Translations under genes and position numbers: made by a program
Source: a candidate division WOR-3 bacterium
GTDB taxonomy: Bacteria > Hydrothermota > Tepidihabitantia > SM23-42
Assembly (NCBI GenBank): GCA_020343455.1
Contig: CP070795.1
Location: 1,338,756 to 1,400,899, forward strand
Direction: 5' to 3'
Length of the DNA: 62,144 nucleotides
Shown: piece after piece, positions 36,741 to 45,439 of the stretch
Numbering within the stretch: position 1 is the stretch's first letter
Layout: the number at the start of each line of letters is the position of its first letter
The notes under the pieces: generated by a model
Database searches by the model: none
The model's input: the letters and a program-made list of their open reading frames with translations, nothing else
Told to the model about the DNA's origin: nothing

Positions 36741-37466
36741 ATGAGAGATAAGCTTATCATGTCGCTGGACATGACCGATCTATTGGAGATCAAGGCACTG
36801 GTCGAGAAACTCGGAGAACGAATCACCCACTACAAAGTCGGAGCCATACCGTTCACCTACTTCGGGATTGACCTGGTCGCATTTTTGAAAGGGTTGGACA
36901 AGAAGATCATGTTTGATCTGAAGTATCACGATATTCCGAACACGGTGGCGCGTGCATGCGATGGTGCGATTGCGATGGGTGTAGATCTCATTACGGTTCA
37001 TACCAGCGGTGGCTTTTCTATGCTAGAGGAAGCCGTCAAGGCCGTTATGAGCGGGGCGGGGCAGGCCGAGTCGCGTCGACCGAAGCTGCTGGGGATCACT
37101 GTGCTCACCAGTATCGATGAGGCGTATTTCAGGGACTTGTTTGGCAATGTCGAGAGGACACTTGACGACCAGGTCACATTTCTAGCTCAGTTGGCGCGAA
37201 GCGCGGGATTGGATGGCGTTGTTGCGTCGCCGAGAGAGATCGAGAAGATCCGGGAGTGTTGCGGCGACGATTTTCTCATCGTGACGCCTGGTATCAGGTT
37301 GGCCGAGAAAGATGTGAGCGGCGATGATCAGGCACGGACTATGACACCCGGGCAGGCGATCAAGGCAGGCGCTGACTATATAGTAGTAGGCCGTCCGATT
37401 GTCAAAGCTACAGATCCGGTCACGGCGGCAGAAGGTATCTTAAAGGAGATGGAAGATGGAGGTTGA
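36741..37466 (+). CDS. pyrF: Orotidine 5'-phosphate decarboxylase
   Basis: Motifs present are DLKYHDIPNTV and ITVH. GAGGAGG lies 8 nt before the ATG. Confidence 0.85.
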   Translation: MRDKLIMSLDMTDLLEIKALVEKLGERITHYKVGAIPFTYFGIDLVAFLKGLDKKIMFDLKYHDIPNTVARACDGAIAMGVDLITVHTSGGFSMLEEAVKAVMSGAGQAESRRPKLLGITVLTSIDEAYFRDLFGNVERTLDDQVTFLAQLARSAGLDGVVASPREIEKIRECCGDDFLIVTPGIRLAEKDVSGDDQARTMTPGQAIKAGADYIVVGRPIVKATDPVTAAEGILKEMEDGG

Positions 37467-38004
37467 GCAATTACTCAAGGAAATGAATGTCTTGGAGGAA
37501 GGTCATTTTCTGCTCAATTCGAGGTTACACAGTAAATATTATTTCCAGAAATTCAGGATACTCGAGAACCCTCATGCTACATCGTTGCTCTGCGGTAAGA
37601 TTGTGGATGAATTCCGCAACAAACACGTCGACTGGATCATCGGCCCGACGACGGGCGGCATAATCATCGCATTCGAAGTCGCCCGGCAACTTGGCGTTTA
37701 CACCGGCTTTGCCGAAGAGAGGGGCGGCAAACGGACGGTCGGTCGTGGATTCGATATCAAAGGAAAGAAGATACTCGTCGTTGATGATGTTATGACGACC
37801 GGTAAGTCGATAATCGAAACGGTTGAGGCGGTAAGGGAGAAGGGCGCCGAGATCGCTGGCATTGCAGTACTCATAGACCGTTGTGGTGCTGAATTGCCCT
37901 TTGCATATTATGCTACGTATCGGAAGGTTGTCGAGAATTTTGAGCCTGCGGCCTGTCCGCTCTGCAAGGCGAACGTACCGCTGAGTAAACCCGGCGGGGC
38001 TTAG
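37456..38004 (+). CDS. pyrE: Orotate phosphoribosyltransferase
   Basis: The PRPP-binding loop is ILVVDDVMTTGKS. Confidence 0.85.
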   Translation: MEVEQLLKEMNVLEEGHFLLNSRLHSKYYFQKFRILENPHATSLLCGKIVDEFRNKHVDWIIGPTTGGIIIAFEVARQLGVYTGFAEERGGKRTVGRGFDIKGKKILVVDDVMTTGKSIIETVEAVREKGAEIAGIAVLIDRCGAELPFAYYATYRKVVENFEPAACPLCKANVPLSKPGGA

Positions 38005-38186
38005 TATTTAATGATCTGCTCGCCGGGCAGGGAAAGAAGCGGAAGATTGACTGATCTGCCGCCCTGCCTTTGACTGGTGCTCTGATTTCGTTGTAAACGT
38101 GTAAACGTGTATTTGTAGAACTCAGCTTTCCGTGTTTCATTCTGGGTCACAGCAGGACGACGTCGTCGACCGATTGTATTTTCGGT

Positions 38187-38726
38187 TCACAACCTCCAGA
38201 ATCCCAGACCGGCAATGACTGCAAAACCCACCCCTGCGATCAGTGCGCCGATCCAACCCAGGAGACACAGGCACGTCACGATCACGCCGGCGATGAAAAC
38301 ACCGATACCGATGACGAGTAGTGACTTCTTGAAGTCGAGTCCGAATAGGAAAGCAATGAGGGCTCCGGTCCATGCTCCGGTTCCGGGTAAGGGTATGGCC
38401 ACGAATGCCATCAATCCTATCTCTTCGTATCGCTCGATAACCTTATTGCTCTTTTTCCTCGTTCGTTCGAAAAGCCAGTCGAAGAATTTCCTGAATGGGC
38501 GTATCTTCGACAGCAGTTTTACGGCCGGGTTGAGCAGCAGTAGGATGAACGGTACTGGAATGATATTTCCGAGGTACGCGATGGCGAAGGCTTTGGGCCA
38601 CGTAATGTCCAAAAGATTGATTGCCAGCGGTAATGCCCCCCGCAATTCGACGATCGGTAACATGGATGTGAGGAAGACGGCGAGCTCAGGGGTCATTCCC
38701 CTTGCGACCAGATCCTGAGGGGTCAT
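38187..38726 (-). CDS. Putative small multidrug export family membrane protein (COG2426-like)
   Basis: LPIVELRGALPLA and AIPLPGTGAWTGAL segments are characteristic of this family. Confidence 0.6.
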   Translation of the reverse strand: MTPQDLVARGMTPELAVFLTSMLPIVELRGALPLAINLLDITWPKAFAIAYLGNIIPVPFILLLLNPAVKLLSKIRPFRKFFDWLFERTRKKSNKVIERYEEIGLMAFVAIPLPGTGAWTGALIAFLFGLDFKKSLLVIGIGVFIAGVIVTCLCLLGWIGALIAGVGFAVIAGLGFWRL

Positions 38727-40660
38727 GTAACACCCCTACGCCGGCGCAGTATCCAATCGACGACCAGCATTATCAGCACAGCGAGATAGACGACCGGTGA
38801 GTTGAGGTTAACCATTCTACCATGTAGACGCGATTCACGTGCTGGTGACAGCGGCTCAATTTGATGTAAATCCTTTAGCAGAAGGTATTTCCCCTTTGTC
38901 CTGGCGGCAATGAGTTCGAGGAGCGTACGGTTGAGCATATGCTCCGCTTCGTCTGATCGGGGTATGATGTTTACCTCGACCGTATTGCTCGTCAGACGTT
39001 CTCCATCGAGTTCACCCTTGGCGAAGATGTCGTGAGTGCCTTCTTCTCGGAGAACAGTACTTGATTCATATATGCCTCGCCGCACTTCATAAAAAGGGAC
39101 CTTGCTGTCACCGACAATGAGGAAGAAATCACCGCCGCCAGTTCTTCGGAAGTCACGATCATAGCTCTGTAAGGAAAGTTGCATGTTCTCGCCGATCTGA
39201 TAATCCCAGCGTTCAGTGCGGAGCACCAGTCGTGTCTGCGTACCCCGGGGAGAAAGGAATCGGACGATGTCACTCACCAGATCGTACATTAGATCCGTAT
39301 TTCTTATTCCCTGCAGCAGGAAACTCCAAGTTCCGAGGTCGTCAATGCAGATCTGGAAGACTCTGCCCTTTCCATTCCGGCGGAAACCAATTACAGGGAG
39401 ATCTTTACTGCGGGCAATGATCGTTGCATCGTGTTTCGAGCCGACGGTCCGCAACATGGAACGCGCTGGAGGATAGTTGCCGACGGTCAATACTGAGAAT
39501 GTTTCGATGACCTCGATCTCGTGTTTGCCTTCTTGAAGACTACCTGTGGTATTGATGGGCATGATGCGGCGCCACTGTTCATCGGCATCCTCGATCTGTC
39601 CGATCAGGACGATCCCCATTCCATTATTCAAGAGTTCAGGAAGGTGCCTCCATGGGATGTTGCGGACATTGGCGTTATCGAGGATGACTACGTCAAAGGC
39701 AGTAATATCCGGTAGTTCAGCGTCATCGCTCGTTTCCAGCAAACGGCTGTACTTACCGGGTCCTTTTCTCACTAACGGCGATACTGACATGTTGGTGTTG
39801 AGGGCTAATGCCTCGAGGATGAATTTTGTGTTGAACGAGACATGGTCGGTGTAGTATAGTACTTTTATCTTCTCCTCCAGGACACTGAGCGAGATCGTAG
39901 ATTCGTTGTTGGCGTATGATATTTCATCGGCCAGCGGTTCCATCTCTATATTGAAGGTAGCTGTTCCGGGTTGCCTCGGGATATACCAGAAGGTCAATCT
40001 ACTCTTTGCCGTAACACCGCTGAGAGGAAACATCTGTGCGTCGATGTTCTCCCCTGATGCCGTATTGAGTGTGACCCAGCCATTTCCGCCCGTATATCCG
40101 CCCGACTCGACGGTGACCTCGATCGCGGTAGAATCACCGGGATAGGCATAGGCAGGAGCGTCGACATCGATGATCGAGCCATCGCGTTCGGCTTCATCTC
40201 CGACGCCGCAGACGAAGACCGGTATGTTCAGACCATCAAGGCTGGCGAGCGGCGACGTGCCGAAATTGTGATTGCCGTCGCTTACGAGTAGAAGAAAAGA
40301 TGGCTGCATAGTCGCTGCTTGCGTGATTGCCGTGGAGATGTCCGTATATGAGCCGAGACGCCGAGGTTCTGTTTCCGTCAAGAGGCTTTCGCTGATGAAA
40401 TAGAGCTCATGCGGGAATTCAATTTTCCTGACGGCATCGAGAATAGTGGGAAGACTGCTGGCCATACTACTCGAATAATCAATTAGAACGAACGGGCTTC
40501 TCTGTTTTTCACCGGAGGGGATCCTCAGGGTGTAATTAGTGACGAGTAAACACATTAGCCCGATGGCAATCAGTCTCATGGCGAGTTGTGTCGGGTGCCT
40601 GCGGTAGATGGCGACACTCAAAACCGTCGCCGGTATACTAATCAATAATAGAATCAACAT
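38723..40660 (-). CDS. Membrane-anchored vWA-like hypothetical protein
   Basis: TM helices lie at the N-terminus and at the extreme C-terminus. A DxSxS-like motif VLIDYSSSM is present. No firm family assignment could be made. Confidence 0.5.
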   Translation of the reverse strand: MLILLLISIPATVLSVAIYRRHPTQLAMRLIAIGLMCLLVTNYTLRIPSGEKQRSPFVLIDYSSSMASSLPTILDAVRKIEFPHELYFISESLLTETEPRRLGSYTDISTAITQAATMQPSFLLLVSDGNHNFGTSPLASLDGLNIPVFVCGVGDEAERDGSIIDVDAPAYAYPGDSTAIEVTVESGGYTGGNGWVTLNTASGENIDAQMFPLSGVTAKSRLTFWYIPRQPGTATFNIEMEPLADEISYANNESTISLSVLEEKIKVLYYTDHVSFNTKFILEALALNTNMSVSPLVRKGPGKYSRLLETSDDAELPDITAFDVVILDNANVRNIPWRHLPELLNNGMGIVLIGQIEDADEQWRRIMPINTTGSLQEGKHEIEVIETFSVLTVGNYPPARSMLRTVGSKHDATIIARSKDLPVIGFRRNGKGRVFQICIDDLGTWSFLLQGIRNTDLMYDLVSDIVRFLSPRGTQTRLVLRTERWDYQIGENMQLSLQSYDRDFRRTGGGDFFLIVGDSKVPFYEVRRGIYESSTVLREEGTHDIFAKGELDGERLTSNTVEVNIIPRSDEAEHMLNRTLLELIAARTKGKYLLLKDLHQIEPLSPARESRLHGRMVNLNSPVVYLAVLIMLVVDWILRRRRGVT

Positions 40661-41564
40661 CGATCTTTTCCGGCCGCAGGTGGATGATGTTATCCGCCGT
40701 TACACTGACCCGGTCCCTACTAGAATATGTATCTGATACAACAAGTACATCCGATTCAAGCGAATCGGGCAAAGCGAATGTGAATTCTCCTGCCGTTACG
40801 AATGTGATGTTTATGGGTCCATCTCTGTACAAAATTGCGAGCCCGTTTTCGACCGGCTTGCCATCGATCAAGGCTTTACAACGGAGGATGATGGGTGCGG
40901 ATGTTGTATCGGGCGTCATTTGCGTGATGAACGGCTTCAGTGCGTTACCACTGATGTCGCGCCCCTTCTTCACGTAAATGTAGCATGCAGAATCGCTCCC
41001 AAGAGAGTCGGCTGGATTTGATGGCATGAGAAGGGCGCGGCGGTGATTCATCCACTCCCGTCGGAATTCTTTTCGGGGCACGATCGAGAATGTGAGGTCC
41101 GTTGTGTCCATGGCTTCCGAGAAATGGAGGTAGAATTCGTGTCTGCTCTTTCCTTCAGAGAGGCGAGTGACCCATGGTGCTATCGTGTCGCGTGCCGTGG
41201 TACCCTGTACGCGCCTTGTGAATGTTCCTTTGTTTTCGGCCTTGTCAAGAACCTCGCCGTGGATTTCATACGTGACGTTCTCCATGGGCTGAGTGACGAT
41301 CAATATTTCGGACGCAGACAATGACGGGTATAACATTACAACGCCGAGAGTTTCGGATGCCGATGTGATTGAGATGTTATCGGGTGTTAGAGAGAGCGTG
41401 TCGATGTCCTCGGTGAAAGTGAGCTGTATCTGGCGCCGGTTGATAACTGCTGCATTGCTGAGCCTCGGTCTGAGTCGGTCTATGGCGATGGGCGCTGCTT
41501 TGTGCGCGCACACTATCGCCGTCAGGAGGAATATAGACGACACTATCATTAGTCTTCGTGGCAT
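40638..41564 (-). CDS. Secreted Ig-like (SbsA/Big_5-like) domain protein
   Basis: The signal peptide is MPRRLMIVSSIFLLTAIVCA. The segment AAVINRRQIQLTFTEDIDTLSL is Ig-like. The start was set at ATG 41564, 5 nt after a -10 box. Confidence 0.5.
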   Translation of the reverse strand: MPRRLMIVSSIFLLTAIVCAHKAAPIAIDRLRPRLSNAAVINRRQIQLTFTEDIDTLSLTPDNISITSASETLGVVMLYPSLSASEILIVTQPMENVTYEIHGEVLDKAENKGTFTRRVQGTTARDTIAPWVTRLSEGKSRHEFYLHFSEAMDTTDLTFSIVPRKEFRREWMNHRRALLMPSNPADSLGSDSACYIYVKKGRDISGNALKPFITQMTPDTTSAPIILRCKALIDGKPVENGLAILYRDGPINITFVTAGEFTFALPDSLESDVLVVSDTYSSRDRVSVTADNIIHLRPEKIDVDSIID

Positions 41565-41569
41565 ACTCA

Positions 41570-41597
41570 ATTCTATGTCTGGTATGGAGAAAGTCAA
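41570..41597 (-). promoter_or_regulatory. sigma70-type promoter giving a predicted leaderless transcript
   Basis: On the minus strand, TTGACT (41597-41592), a 16-nt spacer and TAGAAT (41575-41570). Five nt follow, then the ATG at 41564. Confidence 0.6.
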
Positions 41598-41673
41598 CAA
41601 CCGGGCCGGTAATGCTTTGACTTTGCGGTGCCGTTATCGGCAGACTCGATGGATGGGGTGGAGAGGATATTTT

Positions 41674-42498
41674 TCAGTGCAATACCTTCTTCAACTTTAG
41701 GTTTACTTCCGCGTCGGCGATGTTCTCGGCAACGGCTCGCGAGAGTGCTTTGTATACATTGCGCAGGGTCCTTTCGTGCTTGAGGCTGGAGAGATGTTTT
41801 CTTATGATGCCTACATCACCGCGCGCCAGCGGGCCGGTCAGGGCATCTTGAACGCCGTATTTCTTGATATTATGCAGAGTCTCCTCAATGAGGGGGAAGA
41901 TCATTCGTTCGAAATCACTGCGTCGCCAACCGATCTTGGCGGCGAGCCTGTCGATCGATGCGATGAGCCCGATCAGAAGATTCGATGAGAATACTCCGAT
42001 CAGATGATAGGCAGCCTTGTCGACCTTGCGGATCTTCCTGATTGTGAAATGTTTACTGCGGAAGATCTTCCGCAGCATTTTCACTGCTGGTGCATCACCC
42101 TCAACAGAAAGAAAGATATGCTTCCTCTTTGGGTGAGACTTGGCTGCTGGGAATGTGGCAAAAGGGTGGACCGACGCACGGTAGATCTTCTTGGATTTTG
42201 GGATGATGTCTGCGGTCAGCATGCCGCTGAAATGGAATATGTATGTCCTTTTCCTTATGTGCCGGCTTATATTTGCGAATGCATTCAGGATTTCGTCGTC
42301 CGGTGTGGCGATGAAGATCGCTTCACTGCGGCTGATTATTTCACGGAGGCCGGGGTTTTCTCTTATCTTCAGCAGCTTCGCGGTAGTGCGCTCGTTCTTC
42401 TTTCTTATGTCATACACGCCGGTGATCTTGTTGTCCCTTCTGAGAATGCAAAATATCGCAGTGCCGACGCGTCCGCAACCGATGAGCCCTATGCGCAT
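41674..42498 (-). CDS. Rossmann-fold NAD(P)-binding protein with a DUF2520-like C-terminus
   Basis: MRIGLIGCGRVG sits at the extreme N-terminus. The family call is made from memory of the domain architecture. Confidence 0.6.
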   Translation of the reverse strand: MRIGLIGCGRVGTAIFCILRRDNKITGVYDIRKKNERTTAKLLKIRENPGLREIISRSEAIFIATPDDEILNAFANISRHIRKRTYIFHFSGMLTADIIPKSKKIYRASVHPFATFPAAKSHPKRKHIFLSVEGDAPAVKMLRKIFRSKHFTIRKIRKVDKAAYHLIGVFSSNLLIGLIASIDRLAAKIGWRRSDFERMIFPLIEETLHNIKKYGVQDALTGPLARGDVGIIRKHLSSLKHERTLRNVYKALSRAVAENIADAEVNLKLKKVLH

Positions 42499-42503
42499 GG
42501 CTT

Positions 42504-42532
42504 ATTATACCGCTGTGCCGCCGAGGCGTCAA
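42504..42532 (-). promoter_or_regulatory. sigma70-type promoter giving a predicted leaderless transcript
   Basis: On the minus strand, TTGACG (42532-42527), a 17-nt spacer and TATAAT (42509-42504). Five nt follow, then the ATG at 42498. Confidence 0.6.
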
Positions 42533-42569
42533 GCTTGCCGGAGGTGAAGAATTCTTCTTGAGAAATGCG

Positions 42570-43946
42570 TTAGATTGTGACGGTGGTTAGGGTCTGTGGT
42601 ATGTCAGCGTCAACCCCGATTGTCTTGATTTTTTCTTGCAGGGCTTGCGATTCTTCGATCTCACCGTGCACGAGATATACCTTCTTAAGCTGGCCATTCC
42701 GCGTTGCTTCTACATACTGGAGGAGGTCACTGCCGTCGGCGTGGGCCGACAGACCTGCCATGAGATATGTCTTCGCGCGCATCTCAAAATCGTCGTTGAA
42801 GATCGTGACCTTGGACGCGCCTTCCAGTATCTTTCTGCCAAGTGTAGCATGGGCCTGAAAGCCGGTGAGGACGATCATGTTGCGTGCGTCACCAATGCTG
42901 TGGATTAGGTGGTGCGTTACCCTTCCTCCTTCACACATGCCGGATGCGGAAATTATGATCATTGGCCCGGCCTTATCGTTGAGGGATTTTGATTCCTCGG
43001 TATCGGCAACGTAATGTAAATTCGGGAAGTTGAAAGGGTCGCCTTCGTTGAAGATCTTTATCGTTTCGGCATCGAAACACTCGGGGTGTCTGCGGAAAAC
43101 GTCAGTGACATTTGAGGCGAGTGGACTATCGACATACACCGGCACGTTCTTCAAGCACCCTTCGTCAAAGAGGTTCTTTAGCATCGTCACCAGCAGTTGC
43201 GTGCGCTCGACGGCAAATGCAGGAATGATCATCTTGCTGCTCTTCTTTTTCGCCGTTTCGATGATTTCTTTCAGTTCTTCTTGCATGTTTTCGAAGGAGT
43301 GGTGTTGTCTTCCACCGTATGTCGATTCAAGGATCATGTAATCGATGTTCCTCACGACCACCGGATCTTTTATTATCGGCATTCCTTTGCGTCCAAGGTC
43401 GCCGGAGAACAATAGGCGCTTTCCATCGGCTTCGATGACTGTGACCGACGATCCAAGTATGTGCCCGGCATCGTGCAGTGTGATGTGCACTCCGGTGACG
43501 GGTTCGAAACTAGTGTTGTAGTCGACCGCTTGAAGCTGCTCGATGGTCTTCTCGGCATCGGCGATAGTGTAGAGGGGTTGTTTTGGTGGCATCCCCTTCT
43601 CCTTCCGTTTCTTATTGAGATATTCAAAATCGTATTCTTGAATCTTCGCCGAATCGAGAAGCAGTAGTGAGGCGATGTCCTTAGTCGCGCTCGTGCAGAA
43701 TATTGGTCCACTGAATCCGCGTTTCACGAGATTAGGAAGATTTCCCGAATGATCTATATGTGCGTGAGAGAGTATAACGGCCTTGATCTCCTTTGGCTTG
43801 AACGGAAACGTACTGTTGATGCGTTCGGCTTCCTCTCGGTGCCCCTGGAACATCCCGCAGTCGAGGAGGAATTTTTGTTTATTGTATTCGATTAGATGTA
43901 GTGAACCTGTTACAGTGCGCGCCGCGCCGATGAATGTTACATCCAC
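42570..43946 (-). CDS. MBL-fold beta-CASP family ribonuclease/hydrolase
   Basis: Motifs present are FIGAARTVTGS, the metallo-beta-lactamase HAHIDHSG, and beta-CASP segments. The start codon is GTG. Confidence 0.8.
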   Translation of the reverse strand: MDVTFIGAARTVTGSLHLIEYNKQKFLLDCGMFQGHREEAERINSTFPFKPKEIKAVILSHAHIDHSGNLPNLVKRGFSGPIFCTSATKDIASLLLLDSAKIQEYDFEYLNKKRKEKGMPPKQPLYTIADAEKTIEQLQAVDYNTSFEPVTGVHITLHDAGHILGSSVTVIEADGKRLLFSGDLGRKGMPIIKDPVVVRNIDYMILESTYGGRQHHSFENMQEELKEIIETAKKKSSKMIIPAFAVERTQLLVTMLKNLFDEGCLKNVPVYVDSPLASNVTDVFRRHPECFDAETIKIFNEGDPFNFPNLHYVADTEESKSLNDKAGPMIIISASGMCEGGRVTHHLIHSIGDARNMIVLTGFQAHATLGRKILEGASKVTIFNDDFEMRAKTYLMAGLSAHADGSDLLQYVEATRNGQLKKVYLVHGEIEESQALQEKIKTIGVDADIPQTLTTVTI

Positions 43947-43951
43947 ATAAG

Positions 43952-43979
43952 ATTGTACATGTTACACTGCTATCGTCAA
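43952..43979 (-). promoter_or_regulatory. sigma70-type promoter giving a predicted leaderless transcript for the beta-CASP gene
   Basis: On the minus strand, TTGACG (43979-43974), a 16-nt spacer and TACAAT (43957-43952). Five nt follow, then the GTG at 43946. The first base of the -35 box is the outermost base of the left inverted repeat. Confidence 0.55.
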
Positions 43980-44012
43980 GGGGGACGGTGCTTGACAATT
44001 TGACAATTTTCT
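43979..44012 (+). repeat. Left inverted repeat
   Basis: The sequence is aGGGGGACGGTGCTTGACAATTTGACAATTTTCt. It contains a tandem TTGACAAT-TTGACAAT. Confidence 0.9.
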
Positions 44013-44019
44013 CTACAAT
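43992..44019 (+). promoter_or_regulatory. sigma70-type promoter of the Y1 transposase-like gene, with its -35 box inside the left repeat
   Basis: TTGACA (43992-43997), a 16-nt spacer and TACAAT (44014-44019). Six nt follow, then the GTG at 44026. Confidence 0.55.
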
Positions 44020-44025
44020 GCAAAC

Positions 44026-44922
44026 GTGCGCAGAGCGCGTATCACATTTCCTGGAGCTTTTCATCATGTCATGAATCGCAGCATCCGCGGTGAGAAGATC
44101 TTCTTTGACAACAAGAGCAGGGCACATTTCATCGCGCTTCTCGAGGAGAAGATTGATTTGCTGAAGCAGAGGGTTCTTGCATATTGCCTGATGGACACGC
44201 ACTACCATCTCATACTTCAGAATACATCAGGCCGGCTCTCGGATTTCATGAGGGAGTTGAACGGACAGTTTGGCATGTACTTTCGCAAACGGGTCGGCGG
44301 TGCGGGTTATGTCTTTCAGTCTCGTTTCAAATCTACTCTGATCCAAGAAGATCGTTATCTGCAGATGGCGATAATCTATGTTCTTCTCAATCCTGTGCGC
44401 AAGGCTTGGGTCACATTGCCGTGGGAATACGAATGGTCGAGCATCGGTGAATATTTCAAAGGCGTTGATTCTCGTCTGGTGGACAACCGATTTGTCGAAG
44501 AGTTATACGAGACAAAGACCAACATGAAGGAACGTCTGGCTGAGTGGGTGAATATTGAGTTACCTGTGAGCGATACGAGATTGGGCGAGGTTGTTGGCGA
44601 TGGCGATTTTGTGGATTCTGCGGTGAAAAGATTCGATCCTCGGAAGGGAATGGATAAGTCGGATGAATCCGAAATGGATGATCGCAAATTCGAAGATGCG
44701 GCACGATTAATCAAGTGCTTCGAAGCCGAAAAAGGGCTGAAGATTGAGGAAATCGATACTGGAAATCACCTGGGGAAAGCCCTACGTGCCGAGCTGCTGG
44801 TGCTGCTCAAAGACAAAGCAGGCCTTACATATTCAGAGATTGTCACCTTCCCGCTGTTTGGTTCTTTAAAATATTCTTCCCTGGGAAAACTGTATAGACG
44901 TGCTAAGGATGGTTGCTATTGA
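44026..44922 (+). CDS. REP-associated tyrosine transposase (RayT)/IS200-like HUH protein with a C-terminal DnaA-domain-IV-like helix-turn-helix
   Basis: The N-terminus is FHHVMNRS. The HUH motif is DTHYHLIL and the Tyr motif is IIYVLLNPVRK. The C-terminal segment LRAELLVLLKDKAGLTYSEIVTFPLFGSLKYSSLGKLYRRA resembles DnaA domain IV. Confidence 0.7.
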   Translation: MRRARITFPGAFHHVMNRSIRGEKIFFDNKSRAHFIALLEEKIDLLKQRVLAYCLMDTHYHLILQNTSGRLSDFMRELNGQFGMYFRKRVGGAGYVFQSRFKSTLIQEDRYLQMAIIYVLLNPVRKAWVTLPWEYEWSSIGEYFKGVDSRLVDNRFVEELYETKTNMKERLAEWVNIELPVSDTRLGEVVGDGDFVDSAVKRFDPRKGMDKSDESEMDDRKFEDAARLIKCFEAEKGLKIEEIDTGNHLGKALRAELLVLLKDKAGLTYSEIVTFPLFGSLKYSSLGKLYRRAKDGCY

Positions 44923-44939
44923 TTTGGCGATCTAGTGGC

Positions 44940-44973
44940 AGAAAATTGTCAAATTGTCAAGCACCGTCCCCCT
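44940..44973 (-). repeat. Right inverted repeat
   Basis: It is the exact reverse complement of 43979-44012. It overlaps the anti-sigma stop codon by 2 nt. Confidence 0.9.
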
Positions 44974-45439
44974 ACTGGCCATAGCGCTGGTTGATTATCT
45001 TAATGAATTCTTCCTGTTGTTCCGGGGTAAGTTCGTATACTTCTTCATACTGACCCCCCGGACTTTGTGATGGGCGTTCCTGAGCGGTCACCTGCGGCTT
45101 GGGCCGGATAAAGAGGAAGTAACCGATGCCGAATGCGACGACCGCCGAAGCGACGACCGGTAGAACGATGCGGAACGGGAATTTCCTCTCGAACTTCTCG
45201 TGGACGATCTTCTCATGCACCGAAAAGACGAATTCCTCCCAATATGTCTCTTGAAACTGGCACGCGCAGTTTTCGGTTTCGGTGGGGGTGCATAGTTGAA
45301 GGCACTGATCGACTAACTTGTATTCGTCGCGGCATGCGGGGCAATCGCGAATGTGTTCGCGAACGGCCGCCCGGTCATCGGGTGAGATTTCTTCGCAGAG
45401 CAAATAGATTATGTTTTCCTGAACATCTATGCATTTCAT
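44972..45439 (-). CDS. Anti-sigma factor (zf-HC2) with one TM helix
   Basis: The zf-HC2 motif is H-x3-C-x2-C (REHIRDCPACRDE). A central TM helix is present. The start overlaps the sigma-factor stop codon as ATGA. Confidence 0.7.
   Translation of the reverse strand: MKCIDVQENIIYLLCEEISPDDRAAVREHIRDCPACRDEYKLVDQCLQLCTPTETENCACQFQETYWEEFVFSVHEKIVHEKFERKFPFRIVLPVVASAVVAFGIGYFLFIRPKPQVTAQERPSQSPGGQYEEVYELTPEQQEEFIKIINQRYGQ

Larger units (their letters stand above)
43979..44973 (+). mobile_element. RayT/IS200-like Y1-transposase unit bounded by perfect 34-bp inverted repeats (REPtron-like or domesticated element)
   Basis: The left repeat (43979-44012) is the exact reverse complement of the right repeat (44940-44973). 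A single HUH/Y1 gene lies between them. No target-site duplication is visible. Confidence 0.6.

Noticed and set aside
32272-38004. tldD, the TPR lipoprotein gene and pyrKDFE considered as one functional system.
   Set aside because: The tight spacing suggests co-transcription, but the functions are unrelated housekeeping activities. This is more likely operon packing in a compact genome than a novel pathway.
38092-38107. A tandem octamer TGTAAACG-TGTAAACG in the convergent intergenic region after pyrE.
   Set aside because: There are only two copies, no further periodicity and no associated ORF or hairpin. It is probably a chance or slippage duplication.
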